A stretch of 64,000 nt of DNA from Octopus bimaculoides. Its lineage: Eukaryota. A program made the position numbers and the translations under genes. The notes below the pieces were generated by a model, which ran no database searches, was not told the origin of the DNA, and was given only the letters and a program-made list of their open reading frames with translations. Of this stretch, positions 13,036-25,462 are shown in pieces. The stretch lies in the NCBI RefSeq assembly GCF_001194135.2, contig NC_068981.1, positions 116,765,468-116,829,467 on the forward strand, written 5' to 3'. The stretch's first letter is position 1; each line of letters opens with the position of its first letter.

Positions 13036-13120
13036 AGGCGGCGAGCTGACAGAAACCTTAGCACACCGGACGAAATGTTTAGCGGTATTTCGCTGGAAAA
13101 TGCATATAGTATTTTGCAAG
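13036..13120 (+). mobile_element. SINE family B head fragment
   Basis: aaggcggcgagctgacagaaaccttagcacaccggacgaaatgtttagcggtatttcg. Confidence 0.75.
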
Positions 13121-13574
13121 TGGGGTGAGTTTTCATCTCTAGCTGGTGATTAAAATACGCTGAGAACGGGTAACCACCCAGAAACTCGAGCCTGTGAGCG
13201 ATGACCTCCTCTTGCAAATACTAATCGGACACATAATGTGTGTAGTTAGCCAGCTGGAAGAGTTGTCTCCCTGGGGCTATAAACGTCAGTAGCACTGTTC
13301 CGTATAGGACGCCACATCTGGTTGGCAATTATATGTTGCGATTCCATATTGCTACTGTTTACATCTCGCTCAGAGATTTGATAGAGCCCCAACGAAGACA
13401 TGTTACGATACAGGTAGAGAAATTTGAAAAGAAAATACGAAACCGGTTATTTCTCCAAAAACAATGTTTCTATACTCAAAATTTTATAACATTTTTCTAG
13501 CAAAGCGATTCAGACATATACTTTAACCATATAACAGAAGCCCTCTGTAGCCTTCTTTTTTATCTTTTATACTT

Positions 13575-13950
13575 GGATTAGGTTTGCAAGATTCTTTATG
13601 TGAGTTCGTGTATTGAAGCATATTTTGTTTTATCTAGGGAGAGTCATTCTCTTTTAGTGCCTTATTATTTAACACACTCGCCCGTAAAGTTTTCACTCAT
13701 TTATCTATTTATTTATTTTTCTAAAATTTTCGTTGCGTCTTACAACCTTTTCAATAGTCGTTATCCGAGATACGTTATCCGAGCTACGTTCTTTTGATTG
13801 CTTGTGCGCACACACATTGACCCACACACATGCGCACAAACAAACAAAAAGAACGCAGCCCGGAAAACGGACAGTCAACAACTATTGAAAAGGTTGCAAG
13901 ACGTGTTAAATAATAAGGCACTAAAAGAGAATGACTCTCCCCAGACACGA

Positions 13951-13982
<32 letters not shown>

Positions 13983-14135
13983 GTATATATTAGACAAAAT
14001 GAGATAACAAACCGAAGGCTGTGAGGAGTTTTCAGGACATTTATAAGGAAAAAGTTATCGACTATATCTATATCTCTATCTTTTTTCCTTATAAATGTCC
14101 TGAATACTCCTCGTAGTCTTGGTTTTGTTTTCTCA
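13575..14135. repeat. Foldback/hairpin repeat (same family as 25463-26109)
   Basis: Perfect 39-bp inverted repeat 13637-13675 / 13903-13941; 22-bp IR 13737-13758 / 13881-13902 with 1 mismatch; second hairpin 14001-14053 / 14079-14135. Confidence 0.8.
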
Positions 14136-14569
14136 NNNNNNNNNNNNNNNNNNNNNNNNNNNNNNNNNNNNNNNNNNNNNNNNNNNNNNNNNNNNNNNNN
14201 NNNNNNNNNNNNNNNNNNNNNNNNNNNNNNNNNNNNNNNNNNNNNNNNNNNNNNNNNNNNNNNNNNNNNNNNNNNNNNNNNNNNNNNNNNNNNNNNNNNN
14301 NNNNNNNNNNNNNNNNNNNNNNNNNNNNNNNNNNNNNNNNNNNNNNNNNNNNNNNNNNNNNNNNNNNNNNNNNNNNNNNNNNNNNNNNNNNNNNNNNNNN
14401 NNNNNNNNNNNNNNNNNNNNNNNNNNNNNNNNNNNNNNNNNNNNNNNNNNNNNNNNNNNNNNNNNNNNNNNNNNNNNNNNNNNNNNNNNNNNNNNNNNNN
14501 NNNNNNNNNNNNNNNNNNNNNNNNNNNNNNNNNNNNNNNNNNNNNNNNNNNNNNNNNNNNNTGTGTGTG

Positions 14570-14750
14570 TGCGTCTTTGTGTCTGTGTTTTTCTTCCCCC
14601 ACTGCTTGACAACTGATCTGGATTCGTTTACGTCCCCGTAACTTAGCGGTTCGGCCAAAGACTTTACAGAATAAGTACTAAAAGATTCTTCAAGGTACTG
14701 CCTCATCATGACCGTAGTCTTATGATTGAAACAAAAGAAAGAAAAGAGAT
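14570..14750 (+). mobile_element. SINE family A 3' half (5' part lost in gap)
   Basis: gtctttgtgtctgtgtttttc...tttacgtccccgtaacttagcggttcggcc...catgaccgtagtcttatgattgaaacaaaag. Confidence 0.8.
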
Positions 14751-15505
14751 TAAAAGATTAATTTTAGCTCCTTAAAAATGAATAGTTCACGTATATTCCA
14801 TTGAAAAATACCAATAAAACATTTTAAGCTCAGATGCGTTTTGACTTCACGCAAAAGAATAAAAGAAATTTCCAATGGGGAACAGGGAGCAGCAGTTCTG
14901 AAAGGGAGAGTCATCATATCTGCGTACACTTTCTGAAACGGTGCGGCTCTTATGAAGTTATAGAAAACTGTCATTACAGAATCCTTCAGGGATCACATAT
15001 GGCCATAAATGTGATAATGCATTTCCAATGAGCTTCAATTGATTTTGCTCCAGATGTTTGCAGACAGTTTGTTTCCTGCTTGGGAGATTTATCGATGGCC
15101 ATTTCAAAGAGTGTAACGATATAAAGCTAATATGTGGTTAGTACGTATGTTTGGCTAGCATCTCCCCTATATTCACCAAATTCTGCCTCAGGTTTTACTG
15201 CATATATGTATCAATTTGTATATGTTTTGGCTATGAATTTTTTTATAAACAGACACATCTAAATGTGTCTATATTTACGTACCTATGCATCTATCCTTGA
15301 GTTTTTATATGTATCTTTACATAGGAATAGGTACACAGTTTTTAGTTATACTCTTGCTTTAGCGAGCTATGTTTTTATATATGGAAAAAATAGTTTATAT
15401 TTATGAGTAGATGCATGAGAACTCATAATACCAAAGTATCTATGTATGTAATTATGTATGAGCGCGTGTATGTACCTGTATATGTGTGTGTTTGTATGTA
15501 TGTGA

Positions 15506-15541
<36 letters not shown>

Positions 15542-17042
15542 TTTTGTGAATATGATTATGTTTCCCTGTGTATGTGTGAATATATAATTCCGTAAGTGAT
15601 TATCAATACGTGTATGATTTCCAAATATAATATGCGTATGTATGAATGTGTGTGTATATATATGCATGCAGCAATTAATATGTTTATATGTATACACACA
15701 TACGTATGTGTGTGTGTATATATGGTTTGGGTAAGAGCATAATAGTTATATGTATAAATACATACGATTAGGTCAGTTTGCTTGTATATCTAACCTTATA
15801 GGCGTAACTGTGTGTCAAGCCATATGCGTTAGTTTCGATCGGTTTGTAAGGAGAGAAAGATGTGAGGCCACATTATATTATGCTGGTATTATTTCATGCC
15901 AGATTAACCTCATGTTTCAGGGCATCTGTCAAACACAGGAGTAATTTAATGGGCAATAAAAAAGGATGAAGCAAATGGCGAGACCTACTATTAAATTGTA
16001 TAATATATTGATATTTATTACAAGCGTTGAGATTAATAGATTTATATGTACTTTTATGCAAACACATATACACATTCACGCACATCATATATATATATTT
16101 AAGTGTATATATGTATACATATATANNNNNNNNNNNNNNNNNNNNNNNNNNNNNNNNNNNNNNNNNNNNNNNNNNNNNNNNNNNNNNNNNNNNNNNNNNN
16201 NNNNNNNNNNNNNNNNNNNNNNNNNNNNNNNNNNNNNNNNNNNNNNNNNNNNNNNNNNNNNNNNNNNNNNNNNNNNNNNNNNNNNNNNNNNNNNNNNNNN
16301 NNNNNNNNNNNNNNNNNNNNNNNNNNNNNNNNNNNNNNNNNNNNNNNNNNNNNNNNNNNNNNNNNNNNNNNNNNNNNNNNNNNNNNNNNNNNNNNNNNNN
16401 NNNNNNNNNNNNNNNNNNNNNNNNNNNNNNNNNNNNNNNNNNNNNNNNNNNATATACTGAAATCAAACTCATCTCTACGTAAAACAGAAAAGATATCACA
16501 AGCCTGTGCATGTAGTCACCGATGTAGCACCCGGAGACACCCTCAAATTATACCCTGCAGACTAGAAAATGTAGATTTATATTATGCCTCCAGACGGGAT
16601 GGTTATGAGTGGTCAACATCTTTAATTATAGGGTTGACCAATCAGAGATGACCTAAGGATTTAACCGAATGACATCAGAAAAAGTAACAACACATTTCGA
16701 ATCCTCAATTATACCAGACATAAAACTGACATAGCCCCACCTCTTATCAGATCAATGTTTTACGAAAAGCAATTACCAAAGCGAGGCAACATGAGAGCTA
16801 CTTTGAGATCTCGCGTCATGTTAGTAATAGATACGAAATTTCCTCAGATCACATCTTGACGCTAGGGAAGATAATATCAGCGACAATACAGTTCTAGATA
16901 CATAATCAAAGGCACGATGAAAATGATTGAATCATGTTTGATTCATGGCTCTGCTAAATCAGGATTCACAACAGTAAAAACAAAGCCGACGACGATGACA
17001 ACGACGATGATGATAATGATGATGATAGTAGTAATAATAATA

Positions 17043-17259
17043 ATCCTTCCTATTATAGGCACAAAGTCTAAAATTTATAGAGTGGGGACTAGTCGATTAC
17101 ATCGACCCCATTACTTGACTGGAATTTATGTTATCGACCCCGACAGGATTGAAAGGCAAAGACGATCCCGGCAGAAATTTGAGCATAAAATGTGAAGACG
17201 GACGAAATGGTGCTAAGCATTTTGCCCGCTGTGCTAACCATTCTGCTAGCTCACCGCTT
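17043..17259 (-). mobile_element. SINE family B
   Basis: Complete head-to-tail copy; (AAT)n on both sides on the plus strand. Confidence 0.9.
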
Positions 17260-17277
17260 TAATAGTAATAATAATAA

Positions 17278-17345
17278 TCGCTTCTACTATAGGCACAAGG
17301 CCTGAAATTTTGGAGGAGGGGGTCCAGTCGTTTAGATCGACCCTA
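17278..17345 (-). mobile_element. SINE family B 3' fragment
   Basis: cttctactataggcacaaggcctgaaattttggaggagggg tail. Confidence 0.75.
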
Positions 17346-17357
17346 CTACGATCGACC

Positions 17358-17531
17358 CTACCTGAAGAAAACTATAACTGGGCCCCCACCTGCAATGTCA
17401 TATGATGTTTACCTGGATATGAGATCACCATGTCACGTACATATGGTTGTGATGCATATGCTTGGTGTACTCTTATCAGAGCTTCGTATATTTTACCCCA
17501 GTGTCACTTTGATGGCATGCACTGCTCTCTC

Positions 17532-17533
<2 letters not shown>
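17358..17533 (+). mobile_element. Family C element, 3' fragment
   Basis: Homologous to 17950-18146 (gagatcaccatgtcacgtacatatggttgtgatgcatatg); ends gcactgctctctcaataataat. Confidence 0.75.
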
Positions 17534-17579
<46 letters not shown>

Positions 17580-17580
<1 letters not shown>

Positions 17581-18146
17581 GACCGGATGCAGTACCAGGC
17601 ACTGGTTCTCATGGTTTTTGATCTTAATTGATTGAAAGTGTTATATACAGATTTTGTCTTGGTATAAAAAATGGGCTACAGCAAATGTTCTGCTTAATAC
17701 CACAGATTTGATTGTCAGTTGTTTTGACATTAACCAGTTGAGCATGTCCCTTAGTGGCTGACAATATGCTCATCTCTGATCACGAACAGGAGTACTGGGA
17801 GGGGGAGAGGGGTAGCCTCTTAGCTATGCGTCGAGAGGAATTATTTAGGGTTTGAATAATTCACTTCTGGAAACATTCGTGTTTTCGTTCAACACTCTTG
17901 AAGAATCCTTAATCAGGGTCATTTTGAGCGGAATGGGTTACTCCACCTCAAGAAAATTCTAACTGGGCCCCATTTGGAAGGTCATGCGCTGGTTATCTTG
18001 GTATGAGATCACCATGTCGCGCACATATGGTTGTGATGCATATACTTGGTGTACACTAATTCAGACGACTAGGCATGATGGGTAGACTGCTTTCGTCTGT
18101 TTCACCCCAGTATCATTTTGATGCTATGCACTGCACTGCACTCTCA
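17580..18146 (+). mobile_element. Family C: about 570-bp ORF-less interspersed element bounded by (AAT)n, no tRNA head seen
   Basis: Starts directly after (AAT)15 with gaccggatgcagtaccaggc and ends gcactctcaataataa; partial copies at 17358, 18645 and 42933. Confidence 0.7.
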
Positions 18147-18159
18147 ATAATAATTATTA

Positions 18160-18372
18160 TTTCAGAGTTTTTGACAAAAGGAGAGCTTCAGGAACGTGGG
18201 TTGAGTCGATTACATCGACCCTAGTATTCAACTGGTACTTATTTTATCGATCCCGAATAAGATGAAGAGCAAGGTCGACCTCGGTGGAATTTGAACTCTG
18301 AACGTAGCGACGGGTGAAATACCGCTAAGCATTTCGTCCAGCGTCCTAACGATTCTGCCTGCTCACCGCCTT
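18160..18372 (-). mobile_element. SINE family B
   Basis: Full copy; plus strand ends gctcaccgccttaataat. Confidence 0.9.
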
Positions 18373-18397
18373 AATAATGATAATAATAAGAATAATA

Positions 18398-18609
18398 ATA
18401 GTTTCAAAATTTGCCACATAAGTGCATCCATTTTGGGGCAGGGATGAGTGGATTACGTTGACCCCAGTGTTCAACTGGTACTTATTTTATTAACTCTGAA
18501 AGAATGAAAGGTGAAGCCGACTTCGGCGGAATTTGAACTCAAAATGTAACAACGGGTGAAATACCGTATTTCGTCCAGCGCGCTAACGATTCTGCCAGCT
18601 CACCGCCTT
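18398..18609 (-). mobile_element. SINE family B
   Basis: Full copy; ggcggaatttgaactc (B box reverse complement) and ctgccagctcaccgcc (A box reverse complement). Confidence 0.9.
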
Positions 18610-18709
18610 ATTAGCAACAACAACAATAGCAACAATAATAATAAACGGTTTACGGCAAATATTCTGCTGAATAGCACAGATTTACTGTCATCATGTACAT
18701 TGTTTATAA

Positions 18710-18924
18710 TAATCCTCTCTGCGAAAGGCACAAGGCCCGAAATTTCTGTAGAAGGGGCTTGTCGGTTATATCGACATCAGTATTCAACTGGTACTTAATT
18801 TATCGACCCCGAATGGCTGAAAGGCAAAGTCGATCTGGGCGGAATTTGAACTCAGAATATGAAAACTAACTAAATGGCGCCAGGTATTTTGCCCTGTGTG
18901 CTATCAAACAGCCAGGTCGCTGCC

Positions 18925-18926
<2 letters not shown>
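18710..18926 (-). mobile_element. SINE family B
   Basis: Full copy followed by (AAT)20 on the plus strand. Confidence 0.9.
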
Positions 18927-18987
<61 letters not shown>

Positions 18988-18989
<2 letters not shown>

Positions 18990-19195
18990 TCCTTTCTACT
19001 AAAGGCACAACACTTGAAATTTGGCGGGAGGATACTAGTCGATTATATCGATCCCACTATTTCACTGGTACTTAATTTATCGACCTCGAAAGGACAAAAG
19101 GCAAAGTCGACCTCTGCGGAATTTGAACTCAGAATGTAATGATGGACGAAATGCCGCTAAGCATTTCGTCCGGCGTGCTATCGATTCTGCCAGAT
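18988..19195 (-). mobile_element. SINE family B
   Basis: aatcctttctactaaaggcac tail through gcatttcgtccggcgtgctatcgattctgccag head. Confidence 0.9.
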
Positions 19196-19711
19196 TGTGG
19201 CAGCAATCTCGTTTCGATCACCGATTAGACACCGCTACCTAATAAAAGCATTCAACCTTTATAGACGTGTTTCAAAACAACTGAATTGAGAATCACAGGT
19301 GGTGATACTATTTTGAAGGTTTTAATATCTGAAGTCTCTTGTGCTGTATCGAAAGCAGATCAGTTTAAAATCCTGTATTTCAGTTACCCCTTATCTCAGA
19401 TTCGGGGAACAGTGTCGAGGTAGACATCGAAATCCTCCATCTCTCAACTGTTGCATCTTGTGAATTCTAAAAGTAATATTGTGACGTAAAACTTTACTTT
19501 CGTGTGCGTCTGATGTAATTCATCAAAGACGGAAATTTGTAAAGATATACTGTGCATCCATCAAGCTACTTTCATTACCTACTGTATAAATGCATGGGTC
19601 TCAAGATGAACAGTGCTGTAGTAGTGTTTGCCTCCAAGACATGGTCCAGACATCCTTGTAACTTGTACTACATACATCGTCTTTCTTCCCGACGACTTCC
19701 AGTGTATACTC

Positions 19712-19858
19712 ACTTTTACTCTCTCTTTTACTTGTTTCAGTTATTTGACTGCGGCCATGCTGGAGCACCACCTTTTAGTCGAACAAATCGACCCCAGGAT
19801 TTATTCTTTGGAAGCCTAGTACTTATTCTATCAGTCTCTTTTGCCGAACCGCTAAGTA
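19712..19858 (-). mobile_element. SINE family A 3' part
   Basis: ttttacttgtttcagttatttgactgcggccatgctggagcaccacc...gccgaaccgctaagt. Confidence 0.85.
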
Positions 19859-21579
19859 TCTGCAAGTTCTTTCTCCAATCTTTTGAGCTCTATCGCATTA
19901 TTAGAGATAAAGAATGCGACTAATAACTGTCTCTGTAAATTTCCATTTATTTAGCGTTCACATTCTGTTTCCCTTGATTTCCGTTTTCCAGAAACATGCC
20001 AAGTTACCAGAAACTGGATCCTTGTCTACATAAATGATTTTGTCTTACCTTCTGCGTAGTAAATTACCTAGAATTATAGACGTCCTACACTAGTTGTACT
20101 TACTTGTTAGCCCAAGAAGAATATTAGATACGAGCTGCAAGACCCACTGCAGTTTGATCAAATTCACTTTGATGTATTTGAACAAACTATTTGATAGCTG
20201 TTACGCTCCATCTTTGTATCAGCTATAATTTCAGGGTTACCCGACCTATTACTCACCAGCCCTTAACGGCAGGACGTTCTTGCGTTCAGATATCCCTGAT
20301 ATCTAAACGCAAGTAATATAGATAAATGGCAGGTAAGTATCTCATCATACGTTTGCTCGATCAGAGATGACCTAATTCTAAACAACAACAATTACAACAA
20401 CTGCAAAAGCACAATGATCGCAAATACTACAAACAATTGTAGATAATGACGCCACTTAAACAGCTGGACATCAAACATGAGACAGACTAGACCACCAGAT
20501 GAGGAGAAATCTTTTACGTGATCAATTTGGCATTCAGTCATATCACAGACTAGTCTGTGATGTATCAGTGCTGAAGTTTTTCTAAAAAGCAGCTTCAGAA
20601 TTTAAGCTATGAGCAATTAAATTGTGCTACGTTCTCCAGCAAGAAGAGACAATGAAAGAGATCTTATGTGGGTGTTAGGCCTATTAGAACTATCAGACAA
20701 ATTTCTCTGACTCACATTCTTCTATCCTGAAACAAGGATATACAAGAAAAAAAAGCAGGTGGCCACGACCGGAACGCCCTTGTTAATTATTATACTCGGA
20801 TAGAGCTCATATGAAGGCTAAATAACAAAATTTATACTATGCTAAAAACAACAATAATAACGGCTCCAACACCAATGACAAATCACTGAATAACAGACCG
20901 TTCAGTGTTATTGTCAACAATACTTCACCAGCAGGACCAGAAACTAAATCACACCAGCTACTGTGGAAATATCAATCGCTGAAAAATCGACCAATCCTCA
21001 ATTATTATCCTCAATAACTTCACCAAGACCAACACCAGCAAAGCATGAGACGAAATCACTTCAACCACACCCCAGAGCACTAAACTTTAAAATGAATAGA
21101 CCAGCAACTGAAGCTTCGTTGCAGTAGCAGCAGTAGCCGTAGTAACGGTTGCATATGACTGCTTCCCTTTATTGTTCGTGTGTAATAGTGTATTCTATAG
21201 CCTTTCTGTGTTGCCTTTTACTGTTGTAATCGATTTTTCCTCTCTTACCTACCTCAACCACTTTTTCATACAATACAATCTCTGTTACGTTTGTTTTAGA
21301 TATATCAATATATTAGCAATATATACAAAGATTGAAAATGGGAGGGAGGGAGAGAGAGAGGGGATGGGGTGAGAATGAAACATGGAAATCTATGTCCGTG
21401 TTCTCTTACATGTTCTGGTATTGTAGCTTTAACGACTTACAGTACAGTATTTTATTTATATATTTCTTATTGTAATTGTTTTCTTGATATATTTTGATGA
21501 GATTTATGTGCGCACGCACATACACATCTAAACTGTCATAAGTTCATGCATATACACACGCACATGTGTGTATGCATGT

Positions 21580-21619
<40 letters not shown>

Positions 21620-21767
21620 ATTATACGTACGTATTTATACATATGTGTGTACGTGTGTGTACATGTGCAATAATGATTTCGCCCTCTCTTTTGTAGTTAT
21701 CCCTCTCTTTATTTCTTTTTGAAATGTTTTATGCATGCATTTATTTATTTAATTATCTACTTAACTC

Positions 21768-22075
21768 TCACTTATCTGTTATAATTGCCATCTCTAACTT
21801 CCATTTTTCTCCGACTTGTATTAATGTTGCCGTCCGTTTCACATGTCTGATCTCTTTATTGTCCCGTAACTGCTTTGCTACATCGTTTTCATCAAAATCA
21901 TCATCATCATTAGAATCGCTACAGCCTCCGTGAAGAATACTTTGCAGGACTTTTAGCGTGTCGGACAATAAATTTAGCGGCATTTCTTCGGGCTGAGGTC
22001 GAGTCTGCCTTCCACTTTTCGCATCAATGAAATAAGGACCTGTTGAGCACTAGCCCTGCCCACCGCAAATTTCAG
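21768..22075 (-). other. Unidentified protein-like reading frame (possible exon or decayed TE ORF)
   Basis: Frame reads DTKPEICGGQG*CSTGPYFIDAKSGRQTRPQPEEMPLNLLSDTLKVLQSILHGGCSDSNDDDDFDENDVAKQLRDNKEIRHVKRTATLIQVGEKWKLEMAIITDK*; no family recognised. Confidence 0.25.
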
Positions 22076-22140
22076 GTTTTGTATCTAATATAGAAAGAAT
22101 TAATGTTGTTACAATTATTTCTATTATTATACGAGTAATG

Positions 22141-22325
22141 AGGCGGCGAGCTGGCAGAATCGTTAGCGCGCCGGGCGAAATGCGTAGCAGTATTTCTTCT
22201 ATCGCTACGTTCTGAGTTCAAATTCCGCCGAGGTCGACTTTTCCTTTCATCCTTTTGGGGTCGATAAAACCAGTATCAGTTGAACACTGGGATAGATGTA
22301 ATCGACTCGTCCCAAAATGGCTGCG
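22141..22325 (+). mobile_element. SINE family B, near consensus
   Basis: aggcggcgagctggcagaatcgttagcgcgccgggcgaaatgc...gagttcaaattccgccgaggtcgacttttcctttcatcc. Confidence 0.9.
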
Positions 22326-24319
22326 CTTATCATTATAAGTGGTAGTGCTAGTCTTAGTAGTAGTGTTGTGTTTTACCGCGACCGGATATGGCTCACAACG
22401 CTTCTGATTTTTATTTTTTTTTTTTGGTGGGTGGGGATTCATTCTTATTACTTTTACTTTACAAAATGTTCTAATTTTCTTAGTAAGTTAGTACGAGTGA
22501 TTATAAAAAAACAATAGTGAGCAGACTTATGATTATATTTTTTGATCTCAAATTGATAGAAATAAATATTTGTGAATAATTCTTGTTAGTTGACATTGAA
22601 GATAAACAAAAGCGTTGCCATCTGAATAACAAATCACAGAATCATGGAAAAAAGAGAGGACAAGAAAATTATAAAATTCTAGGAAGTCCAGTTTGAAATA
22701 AAAATTAATGCCTCCTGATTTTGATCGGAATGAAAGCATTTTGTTGAACGTTATTAACGACATAAATTTTTTAAAGCCGCAACCAATAAGTTTTAGATAT
22801 AGACAAGTCCTGTCAGAGAATCAAGTATAGTAGCAATGAGTCACGTGGTACTCAGTATTCTTCCTCAAGAAATTTGTCTTAGTGAGCAAGATGAAAATTG
22901 AAATGCCCTTGCCTCACAAAAACTGCGTGCATTTCTGTATGTGTGTGTTTGTATGTGTGTATGTGTGCGTGTGTGAGTGTGTGTGTGATGGACTATGGAG
23001 TAAAGCATTTAAAACTGAATTGTTGCCTCCCTACCCGGCGTGTGTGAATTTGTCGTACCTATCCAGCTAGGCATGGTATACGGTATTTTCAGCACACTTT
23101 TCAGAATCGAGGCTGAAGTCAAGTGATATGCACATTAGTGAATTACACAACAACACATCAGGTTGTCCTGCAGAACAAGTACGTGGGCGCAGCGCAACAC
23201 AAATGTGAAAGTTAGCGTTATTAGCAGGGACATGGGCCTCAAAAACCCTGTCACCATTGTAATGCAGTGCGGTTGATGTTCGTAAGGGAAGTGTTCCGGA
23301 TCATAACTGGTCGCTATTTTAGCATTGATTTGCACTTCTGTATCACTCAAGACCACAATGCTCTTGACGATGTACGTCTCATCGGGAGTGCAAAAGTAAA
23401 TGCAATATCACTGACAATGCTAAAAGAAGAGACTCGTTGGAGCACCTTCTCTAGAAAGCTGGAACATCGGAATGGGATAGAGGAGGAAGATCATTTTCAG
23501 AAAATAAGAAAGTGGTAGAAGGCAGCGAAAGCGAAGAGTGTCATGTACTTCAGATTAAGAAAAAGTAAATTACAACTGAGGAAAGTTCCGCGAAGAAGAG
23601 AGAAAATATAGAGAAAAGTGCATAGAGTAAATTTTATAAGTTCTCTACTGAAACAATTTGAATGTTTCAATCTGTCTCTGTGAATACTTCCATATAACTA
23701 CTCGCGTCTGATCCATACTAGATGGAGATTTCACATTGTTTTGTTCGATACTAATTATTTAATCTGCACTCTATATATTGTATTTAATGACACGTTTACG
23801 ACGTACACCTGGGATTTTGTGGTTGTAGAAAGGACCTCAAACGTTAGTCTTTAAGCCGTTAATTGTATTAAAGTGTACGCTATTAACAACCTTAATTATA
23901 GAAGGAAATCGAAGAGTTAATTGTTATTTTTAATCTAGTGAACCAAAGTTACGAAATACTTCAAATATATACGTCAAAATAAGAATGCAACTGTGAATTT
24001 CCATTGTTTCTAATTAAAGTCGTTCATTCCGTAGCAATTTCATCTTTTTTTTTTAGATTTCATCATCACCCAATTTAGTAAACGGTGATGTGCTTAATAC
24101 AATACGAATACAAGTCAACCTACTGGATCAATATAGTGGACTATAAACTTTACCCCAAACATATAGACTGGTTAGATTGCTGTTGTCATTCTTATAATTT
24201 TATTTGTATTATTTCTTCGTTACTGCCTTCTCTCTTTCTTGTTTAGGTTTTCATGGTAGTAATAATATGACGCTGATGTGTTTCTCTTGCACTAGTTTTT
24301 TAACAAGCTTATCGTTATT

Positions 24320-24389
<70 letters not shown>

Positions 24390-25462
24390 NNNNNNNNNNN
24401 NNNNNNNNNNNNNNNNNNNNNNNNNNNNNNNNNNNNNNNNNNNNNNNNNNNNNNNNNNNNNNNNNNNNNNNNNNNNNNNNNNNNNNNNNNNNNNNNNNNN
24501 NNNNNNNNNNNNNNNNNNNNNNNNNNNNNNNNNNNNNNNNNNNNNNNNNNNNNNNNNNNNNNNNNNNNNNNNNNNNNNNNNNNNNNNNNNNNNNNNNNNN
24601 NNNNNNNNNNNNNNNNNNNNNNNNNNNNNNNNNNNNNNNNNNNNNNNNNNNNNNNNNNNNNNNNNNNNNNNNNNNNNNNNNNNNNNNNNNNNNNNNNNNN
24701 NNNNNNNNNNNNNNNNNNNNNNNNNNNNNNNNNNNNNNNNNNNNNNNNNNNNNNNNNNNNNNNNNNNNNNNNNNNNNNNNNNNNNNNNNNNNNNNNNNNN
24801 NNNNNNNNNNNNNNNNNNNNNNNNNNNNNNNNNNNNNNNNNNNNNNNNNNNNNNNNNNNNNNNNNNNNNNNNNNNNNNNNNNNNNNNNNNNNNNNNNNNN
24901 NNNNNNNNNNNNNNNNNNNNNNNNNNNNNNNNNNNNNNNNNNNNNNNNNNNNNNNNNNNNNNNNNNNNNNNNNNNNNNNNNNNNNNNNNNNNNNNNNNNN
25001 NNNNNNNNNNNNNNNNNNNNNNNNNNNNNNNNNNNNNNNNNNNNNNNNNNNNNNNNNNNNNNNNNNNNNNNNNNNNNNNNNNNNNNNNNNNNNNNNNNNN
25101 NNNNNNNNNNNNNNNNNNNNNNNNNNNNNNNNNNNNNNNNNNNNNNNNNNNNNNNNNNNNNNNNNNNNNNNNNNNNNNNNNNNNNNNNNNNNNNNNNNNN
25201 NNNNNNNNNNNNNNNNNNNNNNNNNNNNNNNNNNNNNNNNNNNNNNNNNNNNNNNNNNNNNNNNNNNNNNNNNNNNNNNNNNNNNNNNNNNNNCAAATGC
25301 CGGAGCTAAAAGTTTTGGGGATTTTCATCGGCTGTTTTTGACGTCTTAGGAATGCTGGAACTCTAGGTTATCTTCATGTGTGTGCCTGTACACACAGACA
25401 CACACACATATGAATTTGTTTTGCAACGTTCCTAGTGAAACTGTGTTGAAAGTTGAAACAGA

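Noticed and set aside
17043-19195. Regularly spaced repeats resembling a CRISPR array or satellite
   Set aside because: Eukaryotic context; the units are diverged SINEs of about 210 bp separated by microsatellites, not repeat-spacer units
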